A stretch of DNA of 64,000 nt from Felis catus (GCF_018350175.1 NC_058368.1:191644001-191708000), one strand, 5' to 3'; shown: positions 1 through 12,726, numbered from the stretch's first letter. The notes: a model not told the origin generated them from the sequence alone. Translations and numbers: made by a program.

Positions 1-135
1 CTAACTGGCTGTGTGACCTTGGGCAAGTGACTTAACCTATCCGTGCCTCAGTTTCCCCAGGTGATTGTGAAGATTGAAATGAGTTAATATATACAAAGAC
101 TGGTACAGCAAGTGTTCTGTAAGTGACAGCTAAAT
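1..135 (+). mobile_element. MIR SINE fragment (core and 3' part)
   Basis: Contains gctgtgtgaccttgggcaagtgacttaacc...gcctcagtttcc, the MIR core, followed by the 3' part gagttaatatatacaaag. Confidence 0.85.
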
Positions 136-824
136 AAAAGAAGCAAAAACGGAAAGATGTGGATGAAGAGTACTCTGGGTATAAGAAACAGCAAGTGCCA
201 AGGCTGTAGGGAAGGCCCAAGCTTAGGTTTTTGAGAAAGAGAAAGAAGGCTAGTATATTACAGAGCAGTAAGTGACACAGATAGTAGTGGTTGATGAGGT
301 CTACAAAACATCCATAAGAGAATGTTAAAAGTAGTTCACTTATCTGAAATGAAGGGTCTGGAAGAGGCATTACTCAATGTTCCGTTAACTTTGAGACCGT
401 TTGAAGGGGCTAACATACTAACATACTGCAGGTCACCTACCAAGAGTAAGTATGTAGGCTCAGATTCAGATGTCCCCAGTGAGCAAGGCTCAGCACGCAC
501 CAACCACCCTCCTCCCCTCCACAGTGACCAATCTGGGAATCAGTAGAGGGGGCCAAGAGCTGAGTTTCTGATCCTCGAGCACCATGCTTCTCAGGGTGTT
601 GGCAGTTTGACCCTACAGGAAGCAAATGACTGACCTGGGCAGCACATGCAGCAGCCTGCCCAGGATCTACTGGAATCAGCCCCCTACATAGCACCAGCTT
701 AGACCAGTAGGTCTGCTTATCATGTGGGGAACTCATGGATCCACCTACCCTGGGAACTGGTCAGAATAGGACCTGCATGGGTCTAATCTAATCTTGGTGA
801 GCCAGCTAGGTGATTTTGGACGTA

Positions 825-932
825 ATCTGTAAAAGGAAGACAGATAACAGTACACATCTCACAAATCATGGTGAGGATTTAGAGGTAAAGCACGGAGCCT
901 GGCACAGAGAATTGTTCAATAAATGTTAGTGA
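825..932 (+). mobile_element. MIR 3' fragment
   Basis: atctgtaaaa...gtgaggattta...gcctggcacagag...tcaataaatgttag matches the MIR 3' end. Confidence 0.7.
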
Positions 933-1264
933 TCATTCTTAGAGATGATCACATCTTGCTCTCAGCTAAAAATAATCTGGCAATAAATATCTGAGAGCTA
1001 CTTCCAATTATTGACTGCTGAATGATAACATATCCTTCTGTGCTTGCATAAGAATGGAATTTGGGCAGTATTCAGCCCAAAAAACACAGTATTAAATCAA
1101 TACCTCATGTACCAGGGCAGGCCCTCAGGAAAGATGGGCCAAGGAAAGTGGGTATTGTCATGGAAAGACCATAAGCTCCAGACTCATTCACACATGGATT
1201 CATATCCAAATCCCCATTTTATTATATTTCATGATTTTGTGGATCAGACATTCGAGTAGGGCTT

Positions 1265-1625
1265 AACTGAATGATTCTTATGTTCCATGTGGCAACAACT
1301 GGGTTGCCTGGGGATGTTCAGCAGGCAGATGAACTGATCTAGAGCTCGAAGAAGTTCCATGAAAGCTTTCCTCACATACCCTGCTCCTTGGTGACCACTC
1401 TCCATAGAGTCACAGGATGCGTTCACTCGGACTCTCCAGCAGGCAAGTTGGAACTCTCAGACTCCCTGAGACCAGGACAAGTGCTACTGGTCTCTGGCTG
1501 CCAAGACTACACTTGCCTTGATGTCACTTCCACATACTCCAAGTCCAGCCCAGGTTCAAGAGAAGAGGGAACGCTTCTTGATAAAAAGACAATCAACGAA
1601 TTTGTGGCCATCTTTAATGTGCTAT
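1265..1625 (-). mobile_element. Old MaLR (MLT1-type) LTR relic
   Basis: Motifs gatgtcacttcc...caagtccagcccaggttcaag and gaatttgtggccatctttaat resemble antisense MLT1 LTRs and the better-preserved copy at 20365-21180. Confidence 0.5.
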
Positions 1626-3087
1626 AGTAGCTAACACTAGGAATAATAAGAACTTGGAAGGATGGTCAACTGGACTGAAAAGCTGTTATCTCCATGCATT
1701 AGCCAGTCTCCAGCCCCTTATTTCTTCCTCTTTATATCTGCAGCACTTCCTCTATTAAGACTCACCCCGTATGCAGTGACAGGTGTAAGCCATCCTGCTA
1801 ACTGACATGCAAAATGATATTTTGCAGAGCACCTTGATTGCGCCATTCATCCAAGAATATCCAAGTCCTCTGCAAACAATAATTAAGCCTCTGCGCCCCC
1901 GTAATGTTCCATTATCTTTTCTTTATAGATGGAGAAGCACTGAGCCCAGAAGAGTGAATTTGCCAAGGTCACCGGAGTTGGTGACAGAGCTTTGAAGGAA
2001 TCCACTGCATCAGCAGCTTGGTCAGCACATATATTCTGCACTGCCAGTGATGCCGGACCTAGAAATCCAGGGGAAGCCCTGCCCACCCACTTTCCCAGTG
2101 GCTCATTCTCACCTTGCCCCTCAATAGCATTACTGTCCTTGCTTACGACAGTATCTCTGGATCCTAAAGCCAGATGGAGACCATCAAGAGAGCTGGAGAA
2201 TCTGCACATTCCTCACTTCACCTCCAACATCTCCAATTACTCGGGAAGTCATGCACGATTAAACAGAGGCAGTGAGCAAAGCACGGTACAGGAGTTGTGC
2301 TTTCACTCTTCACTGGGCAGAGCTCATTTGCTTTGCTGTCAGATAGCAAGAAATTCCAGAACAAGGAGACAAAAAAACACGGGTGGGGAGGCAAGACAGT
2401 GAGAAAGAGTGACTATAAATGAGATGCCGTATTTGGAATGTATCATTTAGCTTCTGGCAAACTATTGACTCCTGCCTGATCTTTGTCAAATCTTATAAAG
2501 CCAAGTGCTATGCCAACTGCTAAAGCTTGCTGGAGTCATTTAACTTTTTGGATAAGTTGGAATGAGAATAGACACATCACTTCTTATGAGCGGACCTTCT
2601 TTCTGCTGGCCCTGTCCCCCCGGCCCTCATGTTCCTAGACCTACATCAATAGAATCAAATTTTTAAGCTGATCTTTCTATATCCATCCCCACTGTAGCCA
2701 TTCTATTTTTACTAGTTCCAGTTTAATATTAGAGTTTCAAACTTCTACAAAATAGGACTTTGAAGGGATCTCAGAATTTACCTAGCTTAACGCCTTAGCA
2801 TTATAGGCAGGGAAACTGAGGCATCGCTATCGTGTGATTTGAATACCGTGTGAACTTGGACCCAGTCTTTAACCTCTGAGTCTTAGTTTTCTCATCTACG
2901 ATATGTGGATAACAAATAGTATTCATCTGCTCTCGGGCTGTGGTGAGGACTAAATAGAAGCAGGCACATAAAACGTTTGTAGCTGTAAACTACTTTAGAG
3001 AAGAAAACATTTGCTCAAGGTCGCATAGCAAGTCAATGACACAGTTGGGTCTAAAACCCAAGTCTTTTAATATCTACTTCAAGGATC

Positions 3088-3450
3088 CATTCAATAAACA
3101 TTTACTGTGAGACTACCATGTTCCAGGCACTGTTGTGAACGCAGGAAATTGAGTAAGGAAGGCGACAGTCTTGGTTCCTGCTCTTATTGGAGTTTACAGT
3201 GTAGAGGACAATAGGATTTACATTTATTAAACTGTGATAAGCATCATAAAGGAGAAGTAGAGGGTGCTGGGGTATTGAATGAGAGGAAAAGAGCCAGGCA
3301 AGGGCAGTGAGGGAAGACCTCCCTGAGGAAGAGACATTTAAACTGTGACTGAAGGGTGAGCAGGCTTTGGATAGAAGAGAGAGGGCCAGGAGGTGGGTGG
3401 GAAGTCCCAAGGTGGGAAGAGAGAGAGATGTCCTCAAAACTGAAAAAGAG
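3088..3450 (-). mobile_element. L2 LINE 3' end
   Basis: attcaataaacatttactg...ccaggcactg and gggaagacctccctgaggaagagacattt are typical antisense L2 3' motifs. Confidence 0.8.
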
Positions 3451-3691
3451 CGGCTACGTTCAGGGACCCACAGAGGCCTTTTCCTGTCTCTAGCACCCCC
3501 TTCAACCCTGTTTCTGCCAAATAAGAAAAAATAAAAGCCCGCCCCTTTCTGATGCCTCTTGGAGGTCCCCTGTTAGCGGTGAGTAGGAGGGGAAAGTCAC
3601 AGCCCTCTACTTCCATCTGGGGCTCTGTATTTCCCCATGTCAGAGAGCTTTATGGCTAAACATCTTGACTTACCTAAAAGATAAATTGGGG

Positions 3692-3880
3692 GGGGGGAGC
3701 CTGGGTGGCTCAGTTGGTTAAGCGTCTGACTCTTGCTTTTGACTCGGGTCTCCCGCTCATGAGTTTAAGCCCCACATGGGGCTCAGGGCTTGGGATTCTG
3801 TCTCCTTCTCTCTCTGTCCCTACCCGGCTCATTTTCTATCTCTCTCTCTCAAAAATAAATAAACATTTTAAATAGATAAA
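3692..3880 (+). mobile_element. CanSINE (SINEC, internally deleted)
   Basis: tRNA-like head gcctgggtggctcagttggttaagcgtctgact, a (CT)n region and an A-rich tail; TSD taaaagataaa(t/c)tgg at 3675-3689 and 3881-3895. Confidence 0.93.
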
Positions 3881-4629
3881 TAAAAGATAAACTGGTGGGG
3901 AGTGAAGTAGTGAATATTTGCTTGCACAATATGTTAGCCTCCGTTTGTCTTGTTTTACTGCTCTGATCTCTGGATTGCAAGTTGGAAAATCAGCTAGTTA
4001 CTCAGGAGTAGAGGTGAGAGAGAAAGAGATGTATTTACAACCAAGACACCACTGAAATTATACCAGTGGACTGTTTTTAAAAAAAAAAAAAGGTGTGGGG
4101 GCACAGGATTCCTTTAAATGAACAGCTCTCAGTCTGTCTTCAGTTCATTTATCACTTCTCTTTACTCCTGCGTCCATCAATGCCCCACACAGTCCTGTTT
4201 CTTATCAGGTTCAGCCTGTGCTTAACTTTCTATTCTGACCATTTCTTTTTCTTTTTTATCTTAACACAGAAAAGAGGAAAGCTGTCCCCTAAAACTCAGG
4301 TGCAGCCCTAGTGATGGATTTGTCCTGGATCAAGAATCAGTATTTGGTAAGCTGAAAGACTTTATTCACCGACTTTAGTAAGCTGTTTATTTTCTCAAAG
4401 GGAGATGCACTTACTTTCCACTCCCAGTTTTAAGAGGCCATCGTTAGGAAAGACACTGAAGACTTACTCCATACCTCACCATCACCAAGAAAGTTCTGGT
4501 AAACAACTCTAATTCACATGGCCCTGGGGATACAAGGAAGTATAAGGTATATAACTATAAGGTATAATCAATGGCTCCAAGAGTCATACAAACCAGTTAA
4601 GGAAATCAAATAATTGTTATCATGATAAT

Positions 4630-4830
4630 AACTAATATTTATTATGCCCTGCATCAGGCACTGTGGTAAGGGATTTATACACATTAACTCATTTAATCCT
4701 CCCCAAAGTGTGATTTGTCCTGTTTTACAGGTAAGGAAACAGTATATCAGAAAAGTTAAATAGTATACCTAAGATCATATAGATAGAACTGAGAACGAAA
4801 TCCATGCTGTATAATTCCAAAACCCTGTGC
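4630..4830 (-). mobile_element. MIR
   Basis: Antisense MIR motifs attaactcatttaatcctc and ttttacaggtaaggaaac. Confidence 0.75.
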
Positions 4831-4975
4831 ACATAATCATGTCACAATAGATATAATGATGAAAGGCAGTTTGTAAGGGCCACAGAATTCAGAGAATCGT
4901 GTAGAATGAGGTGTGAGGTTTAGGGAAGCTGCAAACAGGAGGCTCTGACTTTGAAGAGTGAATGATGACTTAGAG

Positions 4976-5190
4976 CAGCGTCTTCCCACCTCAGCATTAC
5001 TGACATGTTGGTCCAGATAATTCTTTGTGGGAGCTGTCCTGTGCCACGTAGGGATGTTCAGCAGCATCCCTGGCCTCTACCCACTGAATGCCAGTAGAAT
5101 TTCCCAACTGCAACAACCAAAAACATCTGGAGACATTGCCATCTAAGCCTGGAGGGTGGGGGCAAAACTCCCCGCAGCTGAGAACCACTA
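4976..5190 (-). mobile_element. MER20 hAT-Charlie MITE
   Basis: Reverse complement of MER20 (ataattctttgtggga...gcagcatccctggcctctacccact...tgagaaccact); 8-bp TSD acttagag/tcttagag at 4968-4975 and 5191-5198. Confidence 0.9.
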
Positions 5191-5590
5191 TCTTAGAGAA
5201 AGTTAGGGACCTCAGAGATCAGGGGGAACCCCGAGGGATGGAGGCCATGCAAAGCCAGGGGAGGTCAGCTGGACCTGAGCTTTCATGTTAAAGAGAAGTT
5301 GAGAAAAAATCAAAGTGGAGTTTGGAGCCAGATCGTAAAAGGCTTTAAATGTGAGGTTAAGAAATTGGGGAGCTGGAAGCAGGTGCAGGGTTGTGTTTTG
5401 AGAATAAAGAGGGCATGTATCCCTTACTTCCTACACATCAGCTCCCAGCCCCTGTGCTGTCCTCTGGATATGCCAAGCATACTTTGGCCTCAGATCTTTT
5501 GCATCTGCTATTTCCTCTTCCCAGGGTTCTGTTCTCTCACTTCCTGTAGAGCCTCTCTCTCTCTCTCTCCCTTCTGTCATGTCTGTTTTC

Positions 5591-5824
5591 TTTTCTTTTC
5601 TTTTTAAAAAATTTTTAAATGTTTATTTATTTTTAAGGAAGAGAGAGAGAAAGAGACAGAGTGTGAGCTGGGGAGGGGCAGGGAGGGAGACACAGAATCC
5701 GAAGCAGGCTCCAGGCTCTGAGCTATCAGCACAGATCCTGATGAGGGGCTCAAACTTCTGGACTGCAAGATCATGACCTGAGCTGAAGTCAGATGCTTAA
5801 CCGACTGAGCCACCCAGGTGCACC
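5591..5824 (-). mobile_element. CanSINE SINEC_Fc-type (downstream unit of a tandem dimer)
   Basis: Antisense SINE body: acacagaatccgaagcaggctccaggctctgagct...ctgagccacccagg. Confidence 0.95.
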
Positions 5825-5833
5825 GTATATTCC

Positions 5834-6047
5834 TTTTTTTTTTTTTAATTTTTAATGTTTATTTATTTTTGAGAGACAGAGCATGAGTCAGGGAGAGGCA
5901 GAGAGAGAGGAAGACACAGAATCTGAAGCAGGCTCCAGGCTCTGAGCTGTCAGCACAAAATCCAAAGACAGGTTCAAACTCAAGCACCTTGAGATCATGA
6001 CCTGAGTTGAAGCCAGACACTCAACCAACTGAGCCACCCAGGCACCC
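5834..6047 (-). mobile_element. CanSINE SINEC_Fc-type (upstream unit of a tandem dimer)
   Basis: Second antisense SINE body; the pair is flanked by a single TSD tgtcatgtctgttttc at 5575-5590 and 6049-6064. Confidence 0.95.
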
Positions 6048-6249
6048 TTGTCATGTCTGTTTTCAAACATCATACGTGAGCTCTGTGACTTCACCACTGG
6101 AGCCACCCTGCTATGTTCTGAGACCCCACAAAAATCATCAGTTCCTATCCTGAGCGTCCTCGGTGGCAATTTAAGATGTGGCCAGAACTCAACCAGGCAT
6201 CAGGTAAAGCTATGGTAAAGTTATGAGAAAGACAGCCCCCCCCCCGCCC

Positions 6250-6460
6250 CGTAACACTCTACCGTCTTACCCTGCTTCAGTTCCTTTCATAGATCGGCCT
6301 TTCCTGCGCACCAAGCCCACCGTATCATTCGTTGATGTGTTTAGCATGTTACTGCCTGCCTCCTCTGTTAGAACATCAGCTCCATGAGTTCAATACCCCA
6401 GCCCCAGGAACAATTCCCGGCACATAGTATACACTCACTGAACACTTGTTGAATGAGCGA
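6250..6460 (+). mobile_element. L2 3' end
   Basis: ttagaacatcagctccatgag...ggcacatagt...cacttgttgaatgag is the L2 terminus. Confidence 0.7.
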
Positions 6461-7245
6461 ATTCACTTCCAAGAGAGTGTTTTATGAAGAGTGTTTCCTT
6501 AGAAGCCAGGCATCTTTGTGTCCAACCTGTAAAGGGAAGGTCTTGAACAAGGTGGGAGATTCAAAGGATAGTTTGAGTTTTCTCTGAATCAGTTAACCCG
6601 GGCAGCAGGTCTATTAAAGGGTTAGACTTCTGTGGCTCAGGCTAGGGTCTACAAATCAGAGTACCTGGATGGTAGGACCCAGAATGCATTCCAAAGTTCA
6701 TAAGACATGTGGGAACTCTTAACATTCTCTGAGACAATTATGTCATTGCCTTTTTCTGTTTAACGTCACCTCTTGGAAGACAAGAGTCAGATACTCAGTG
6801 GTTACTAAGCATGGGATTATAATATAGAACATTCTGAGATTCCACATTGGTGTCCCTCTGGTTTATCAAAATAAAAAATATTCACGGTATGTTGATATAG
6901 AGCTTAAATTCTCCCAGCTCTTTTTATCCACAGCATTTCACATTCTCAATTTTTTCTGATCCTCGTCACAAACTTCAAGGAAGACTGACAACAATTTCCT
7001 CCATTTTGTCAGTTGATACATTTAAAACTCAAAAAGTTAAAGTGACCTGCCTACAGCCATGCCATTTACTAAAGATAGAGCAGGATAGTATTCACCCCTG
7101 AGCCACTTCATTGATTGACCTCTTATACAATTGAATGCATTGTAATAACACAGAGTTTACTAAAAACTTTCACAAAACCTTACGAAATATATTTAATTAA
7201 ATAGTATTATCTACATTTGCAGATTAGCCAATTAAAAGATACTGT

Positions 7246-7290
7246 GAAATAAAATAAAATAAAATAAAATAAAATAAAATAAAATAATAC
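7246..7290 (+). repeat. (AAAAT)n microsatellite
   Basis: About 8 near-perfect AAAAT units. Confidence 0.9.
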
Positions 7291-7304
7291 AAAATGAAAG
7301 AGAC

Positions 7305-7640
7305 TGTGTAGTACCGTAGCTAAATTCTAATGCTCTGGACTGAATGTCCTACTTGTACCACTTGTTCCGTGTTCTTGAATAAATTACCTAACTTACCTGA
7401 GCATCAGTTTCCTTTTCTGCAAAATGGAGATAAAAATAACTCTCTTAGAGAGGGGAAAGTGGGTGATGGGCACTGAGGCGGGCACCTGTTGGGATGAGCA
7501 CTATGTGTTGTGTGGAAACCAATTTCGTAATAAATTATATATATAAAAAAATAACTCTCTTAGGATTTAAGTGTCATAGTTTATATAAAATGCAGATAGC
7601 CTGACACACAGATTGAATTCAACAAATGCCAACTCGTATA
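7305..7640 (+). mobile_element. MIR interrupted by a tiny L1 insertion
   Basis: MIR core cagtttccttttctgcaaaatggagata before the insert; gcctgacaca...caacaaatg after it. Confidence 0.7.
7449..7546 (+). mobile_element. Extremely 5'-truncated felid L1 (3' UTR terminus only)
   Basis: Matches the end of the L1 at 24940-25037 (gggcactgagg...ctgttgggatgagcact...ggaaaccaattt...aataaatt); perfect 17-bp TSD aaaaataactctcttag at 7432-7448 and 7547-7563. Confidence 0.92.
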
Positions 7641-7883
7641 AGTGATAATTAGGGTTCTGAGATTGATAAAAACAGAAAGAATGTCTCATTGTAGTCTTGT
7701 TGCTTATGAATGGCATAGCAGGAATTCAATATATACCTCCTCAAATAATCCAAGAATGAATAATAGAGGTTAAATGACTACCCAGGGTCATATAATTGAT
7801 AAGGAACAGAGCAAGACCCAACCCCCTGTCTTCCAACAACAGGTCTGGTGTTCCTTATACTACACTGGTCCTCCAGCCTTCTT

Positions 7884-8102
7884 TTTTTTTTTTAATTTTT
7901 TTAATCTTTATTTATTTTTGAGAGAGAGAGACAGAGTGTGAGCAGGGGAGGAACAGAGAGAGAGGGAGACACAGAATCCGAAGCAGGCTCCAGGCCCTGA
8001 GCTGTCTGCACAGAGCCCGACGCGGGGCTCGAACTCATGAACTGAGAGATCATGACCTGAGCCGAGGTCGGACGCTCAACTGACTGAGCCACCCATGCAC
8101 TC
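7884..8102 (-). mobile_element. CanSINE SINEC_Fc-type
   Basis: Full antisense body; perfect TSD ctggtcctccagccttctt at 7865-7883 and 8103-8121. Confidence 0.96.
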
Positions 8103-10044
8103 CTGGTCCTCCAGCCTTCTTAACTAAGCAATGAGGTGATGGTAAGGATTTATCTCACCATTGTGCAAGCATAGTCTGAGAAACGTCTCCACTCGTGAAT
8201 ATAGAATTGTGAAGCTTGGCTCTGAAGAAAATGTACTGGACCCAGTAGGCCAATCTAGTCTTTGTCCTTATCATCCTATCTTCCTCCTTGATGCTGGGTG
8301 CCAGGAGCTGTACATGAAACAATGTCAAGGTCACTCAGATGCTTCTTTCTAATTTGAGGATGCTGTCTCAGTCTGCACGCTCCTCTGGCTCAGGAGTGAA
8401 TCTAGAAGGTAAATGGCTAACATGTTCTGGTCTAAGCATGAAGGGAGAAGGTTTGCGTAATTGTGATTGTGCTGCCACATGAGGTTAGTAAATCCCCTTC
8501 CTTCTTTCCTAACCCTTCAATCACTGCTGCTACCAATTTTTCCACCCCTGCCTCCCACTAGAGAATACAAGCACTTGAACTAATCTAATCCATTTTCAAC
8601 CACTTCTGCTACAAAAAAAATGTATTCCCCAAACTCCTCAGTTTATGGTTAGTGTCAAATCTGCATTGAACAGTAACCACGAATCAATGTTTATTTGTTG
8701 ATAGTTCAGGAGCTAATTTCTTTGGAGCCAGACTGAATCATGCAACAAAGATTATAGTACTCCTGACTCAATTTAAATGTGAGCATTATTTGGGGAGAAA
8801 AAACATGAAAAGTGCAGAATCAATGTGTATTTCAGAGGGCAAGGAGATTTTTTTTAAACAACAAAAACTTGTTTGTGAACTAGAGTCCTGGAATATTAAA
8901 ATGGATAGACCTTAGAAACAATCTGATCCAACCGTCTCGGTTGTGAAAATTGAGACCAGAGGGAAAGATGGAGGACTCGTCCAGGCTGAGCAACTTCTTT
9001 CTCTATAGCTGGCAATGCCTCTTCCCGGCCTGTCCATCACAGATGTTTCTAAACAAACCCTAACATACACACCAGGAAGCCCTGTTTAATATGATTCTCA
9101 AGTGGCGAGCATGGAGGGCTATTAGAGTTGATTAGAAGGTAACAAGATGGCCCAGGAGTTGAGCCTCTGCTGCCTCCTGGAGAGATACTCTAGTCCAGGA
9201 GATTGCAGGTGGAGGGAAATTTGCCAGCTCAGAGTGTGAGGGAGGGAACAGGGCTGCAAGTCAGATGGCAAAGATTAGAGGCACATGATAAAGCTTCTCT
9301 ATTAACTTAAGCGATTGGACATACTCAATCAGGAATCCCAGCTCTATCAGTTATAGATGATCAGTGACATCAGGCACTTACATATGAGGCTGTCCTGGGC
9401 TCTCAATGCTAAACTCTGGAAGATAAGAACTGGAAATCCAAATGCTTAAAACCCAGCCTTCTGTGGCTGTGAGATACTGGCAGAGAAATTTGGAAGACTG
9501 CCATGCTTGTGTGTACGTGCACACACACACACACACACGAGCAATGGTAATTCTTATCAGCTTTTGGAAACCATCCTTAGAGTGAAGATGCACAGGACCT
9601 CTCAAAAGGCTTTCTCTTAATCTATTATTTGAACCTGCTTCCAAGGTTAGCCAATGAGTGAACGGTAGGATCAGAGATTCTAGATGGAGCTCGATCAGTT
9701 ACACTGGGGTATTGTGGAACAGTGGCCTCTGTTTGTTAAGGGCACTGATGAACAACCTGTGCCCCGCCCAGCCCTGGGATATGATTTCAGGATAAAATAT
9801 CACAGTGCTGCCTCCATGTTGCTACTTCTCAAAATGTCCTGATATTAACACCTTAAGGGTTAAAATACCAGACTTATATTGTTTTTATTGGCATTGTTCT
9901 CTTCAATAAGATAGTAGTAGAGAGCACAGAAATAGCAACAGAAACATCAGTTGAATGTTAGTTTCACCATGTAGCAAGAATTGTGCTAAGTGCCATGTGG
10001 GTATTCCCATTGAATTTTTCCTACCATGTGACAGATATTGTGCT

Positions 10045-10237
10045 TTTTTTTTCTTTTTTCATTTTTTTTAAGAGAGAGAGACAGGTAGAGAAAGAGAGTG
10101 AGAGAGCACATGTGGGGGGGAGAGGGTCAGAGGAAAAGAGAGAGAGAATCACAAGCAGGGGCTCAATCCCATGACTTTGGGATTATGACCCGAGCCGAAA
10201 TCAAGAGCTGGACACTCAACTGACTGAGCCACCCCGT
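10045..10237 (-). mobile_element. CanSINE (older, deleted) inserted in an antisense MIR (about 9945-10350)
   Basis: T-tail, (GA)n and tcaactgactgagccacc; the MIR resumes at tctccattttacaaatgagaaaactga. Confidence 0.85.
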
Positions 10238-10658
10238 GTTCTTATCTCCATTTTACAAATGAGAAAACTGACATTAAACAGTAACTCCAAATTACCCCAG
10301 GCACTAGGTAGCAAAGCTAGATCAAATTCCAGGTAAGTCTGTCTCCAGAGTTCTTGAGAATCAAGAAAGTTGTTTTACTTTTGTATTTTACTTAAAAATT
10401 AATTTACCATAACATTGCCTTTTTGCTGTAAAATTTTAGAAATTCTAAAGCACATATTCTTACAATCACAATAATATGAATACAGAACAACGTCATCATC
10501 CCTAAAACTCCTTTCAGCAACCCCTGTGTTGTCATATCTTATTCCTGATCCTAACCGATGACAACCATTGATCTGTTTTCCTTCACATTCGGTCTCTTCA
10601 AGAATGTCATGTGAGGAGGCAAAGCAAGTGTCCATCAATAGAGGAATGGATAAAGTAG

Positions 10659-10660
<2 letters not shown>

Positions 10661-10701
<41 letters not shown>
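10661..10701 (+). repeat. (CA)n microsatellite
   Basis: About 20 perfect CA units inside the L1. Confidence 0.95.
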
Positions 10702-10705
<4 letters not shown>

Positions 10706-10898
10706 TACTGGAATATTACTCAGACGTGAAAAAGAATGAGATCTTGCCATTTGCAATAACATGGATGGACCTAGAAGGAAAATGCTAAGTGAAATAAGTC
10801 AGACAAAGACAAATATCATATGATTTCACTAAGATGTGGAATTCAAGAAACAAAACAAATGAGCAAACAAAAAAAGAGATTAAAAAACCCAGACTCTC

Positions 10899-11111
10899 GG
10901 GGCGCCTGGGTGGCGCAGTCGGTTAAGCGTCCGACTTCAGCCAGGTCACGATCTCGCGGTCCGGGAGTTCGAGCCCCGCGTCAGGCTCTGGTCTGATGGC
11001 TCAGAGCCTGGAGCCTGTTTCCGATTCTGTGTCTCCCTCTCTCTCTGCCCCTACCCCGTTCATGCTCTGTCTCTCTCTGTCCCAAAAAAATAAAAATAAA
11101 TAAAAATAAAA
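10899..11111 (+). mobile_element. Young SINEC_Fc CanSINE
   Basis: ggggcgcctgggtggcgcagtcggttaagcgtccgacttcagccaggtcacgatctcgcgg with CpGs largely intact; perfect TSD aaaaaacccagactct at 10882-10897 and 11112-11127. Confidence 0.97.
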
Positions 11112-12021
11112 AAAAAACCCAGACTCTTAAGTATGGAAAACAAACTGGTGGTTGCTGGAAGGGAGGTGGGTAGAGGGATGGATGAGGTAGATGAAGGGGA
11201 TTTAGAGTGCACTTACCATGATGAGGGCTGAGTAATGGAAATCATTGTTGAATCATTGTACTGTAACTAATATAATGAAACTAATATAATGCTGGATGTT
11301 AACTGCAATAAAAAATTAAGAAAAGAATGACGTATAAGTGAAATGATATAGTATGTAACCTTTGAGACTGGTTCCTGTCACTTAAGCACAGTGCCTTTGA
11401 GACTGATCCAAATTGTTGCATTTATCAATAGTTTGTTTATTGCAGCACTGTATTCCACTGTATGGATATCCTAGTTTGTTTACTCATTCACTCACTGAAG
11501 CGCGTTGAACCGCTTCCAATTTGGAGCAATTATGAGCAAAGCTGCCATAAACATTCATGAGGAGGTTTTTGTGTGAACATGTCATTTCTCTATGGTAAAT
11601 ACTCAGGTGTAGGATTGAGGAGTCACAGATTAACATGCAAGAAAACTGCCAAACTGTTTTCCAAAGTGGCTGATTACTTTTCACTCCCTTAAGCAGTGAG
11701 AGAGTTCTAGTTGCTCTTTTCACCACTTGATATTTTCAGTATCTTAATTTTAGTTATTCTAACAGGTGTGTGATTCTCTATCACCCTGGAGTTTTAATTC
11801 ATATATCCTCAGTGACTAATGATGTTGAACATCTTTTCATATGTCTATTTGCTATTTGTATATCTCCTTGGGTAAAGTTCAAGTCTTATGCCCATTTTAA
11901 AATTCATTTTTGTTTGTTTTTTGTTGTTGTTTTTTCATTTACTGTTGAGTTATGAGAGTTCGTTCTGGATACAAGTCTTGGGTCAAATGTGTGTTTTGCA
12001 ATATTTCCCCCAAATATTGTA

Positions 12022-12023
12022 TA

Positions 12024-12057
<34 letters not shown>

Positions 12058-12304
12058 GTATATATATATATATTTCTTAGAGAGACAGAGAGAGAGAGAG
12101 AGAGGGAGGGAGGAAGGGAGGGAGAGAGCGAGAGAGAGAACAAATGGGGAAGGGGGCAGAGAAAGAAGGAAAAAGAGAATACCAAGCAGGCGCGACCCTC
12201 AGCACGGAGCCCTATGTTGGGCTTAGTTTCACAACCTCAAGATTATGTCCCGAGCCAATATCAAGAATTGGATGCCCAATGAACTGAGCCACCCAGGCAC
12301 CCCT
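12022..12304 (-). mobile_element. CanSINE with a (TA)n-expanded tail (12022-12072)
   Basis: (TA)n and (GA)n runs, ending gaactgagccacccaggcacccc. Confidence 0.88.
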
Positions 12305-12726
12305 AGCTTATTTTTTGCATTATTTTAATAGTATCTTTCACAGAGCAAAAGGTTTCAAATTTTGATGAAATACAAGTTACCACTTTTTTTAATGGATCAT
12401 ACTTTTGGTGTCAGATCTAAGGCCTCTTTGATGAGCTCTAGGACTGGAAGAATTTTTTTGTGTGTTTCCTTGTAATTTTTTCTAGTTTCCAATATATATT
12501 GAGATTGATGATGTCACTTGGATCTAATTACTGCATAGGGTATGAGGCTTAGCTCAAGACTCATTTTTATTTCATACGGATGTCCAATTGCTCCAACACC
12601 ATTCGTTGGAAAGAAATAAAAGACAATAAATTAGCCATAGTAGTGTGGGTCTACTTCTGGAGTCTGTATTATTCCATTGGTCTATATGCATATTCCTTCT
12701 CCAATACCACACTCTTGATACTGGTC

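Larger units (their letters stand above)
10613..11322 (+). mobile_element. Carnivore L1 3' end inserted in opposite orientation into the L1M
   Basis: aaagaatgagatcttgccatttgcaataacatggatggacctagaagg...atgctaagtgaaataagtcagac; 3' UTR resembles 28480-28690; degenerate TSD beginning aagaatg at about 10600 and 11323. Confidence 0.88.
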
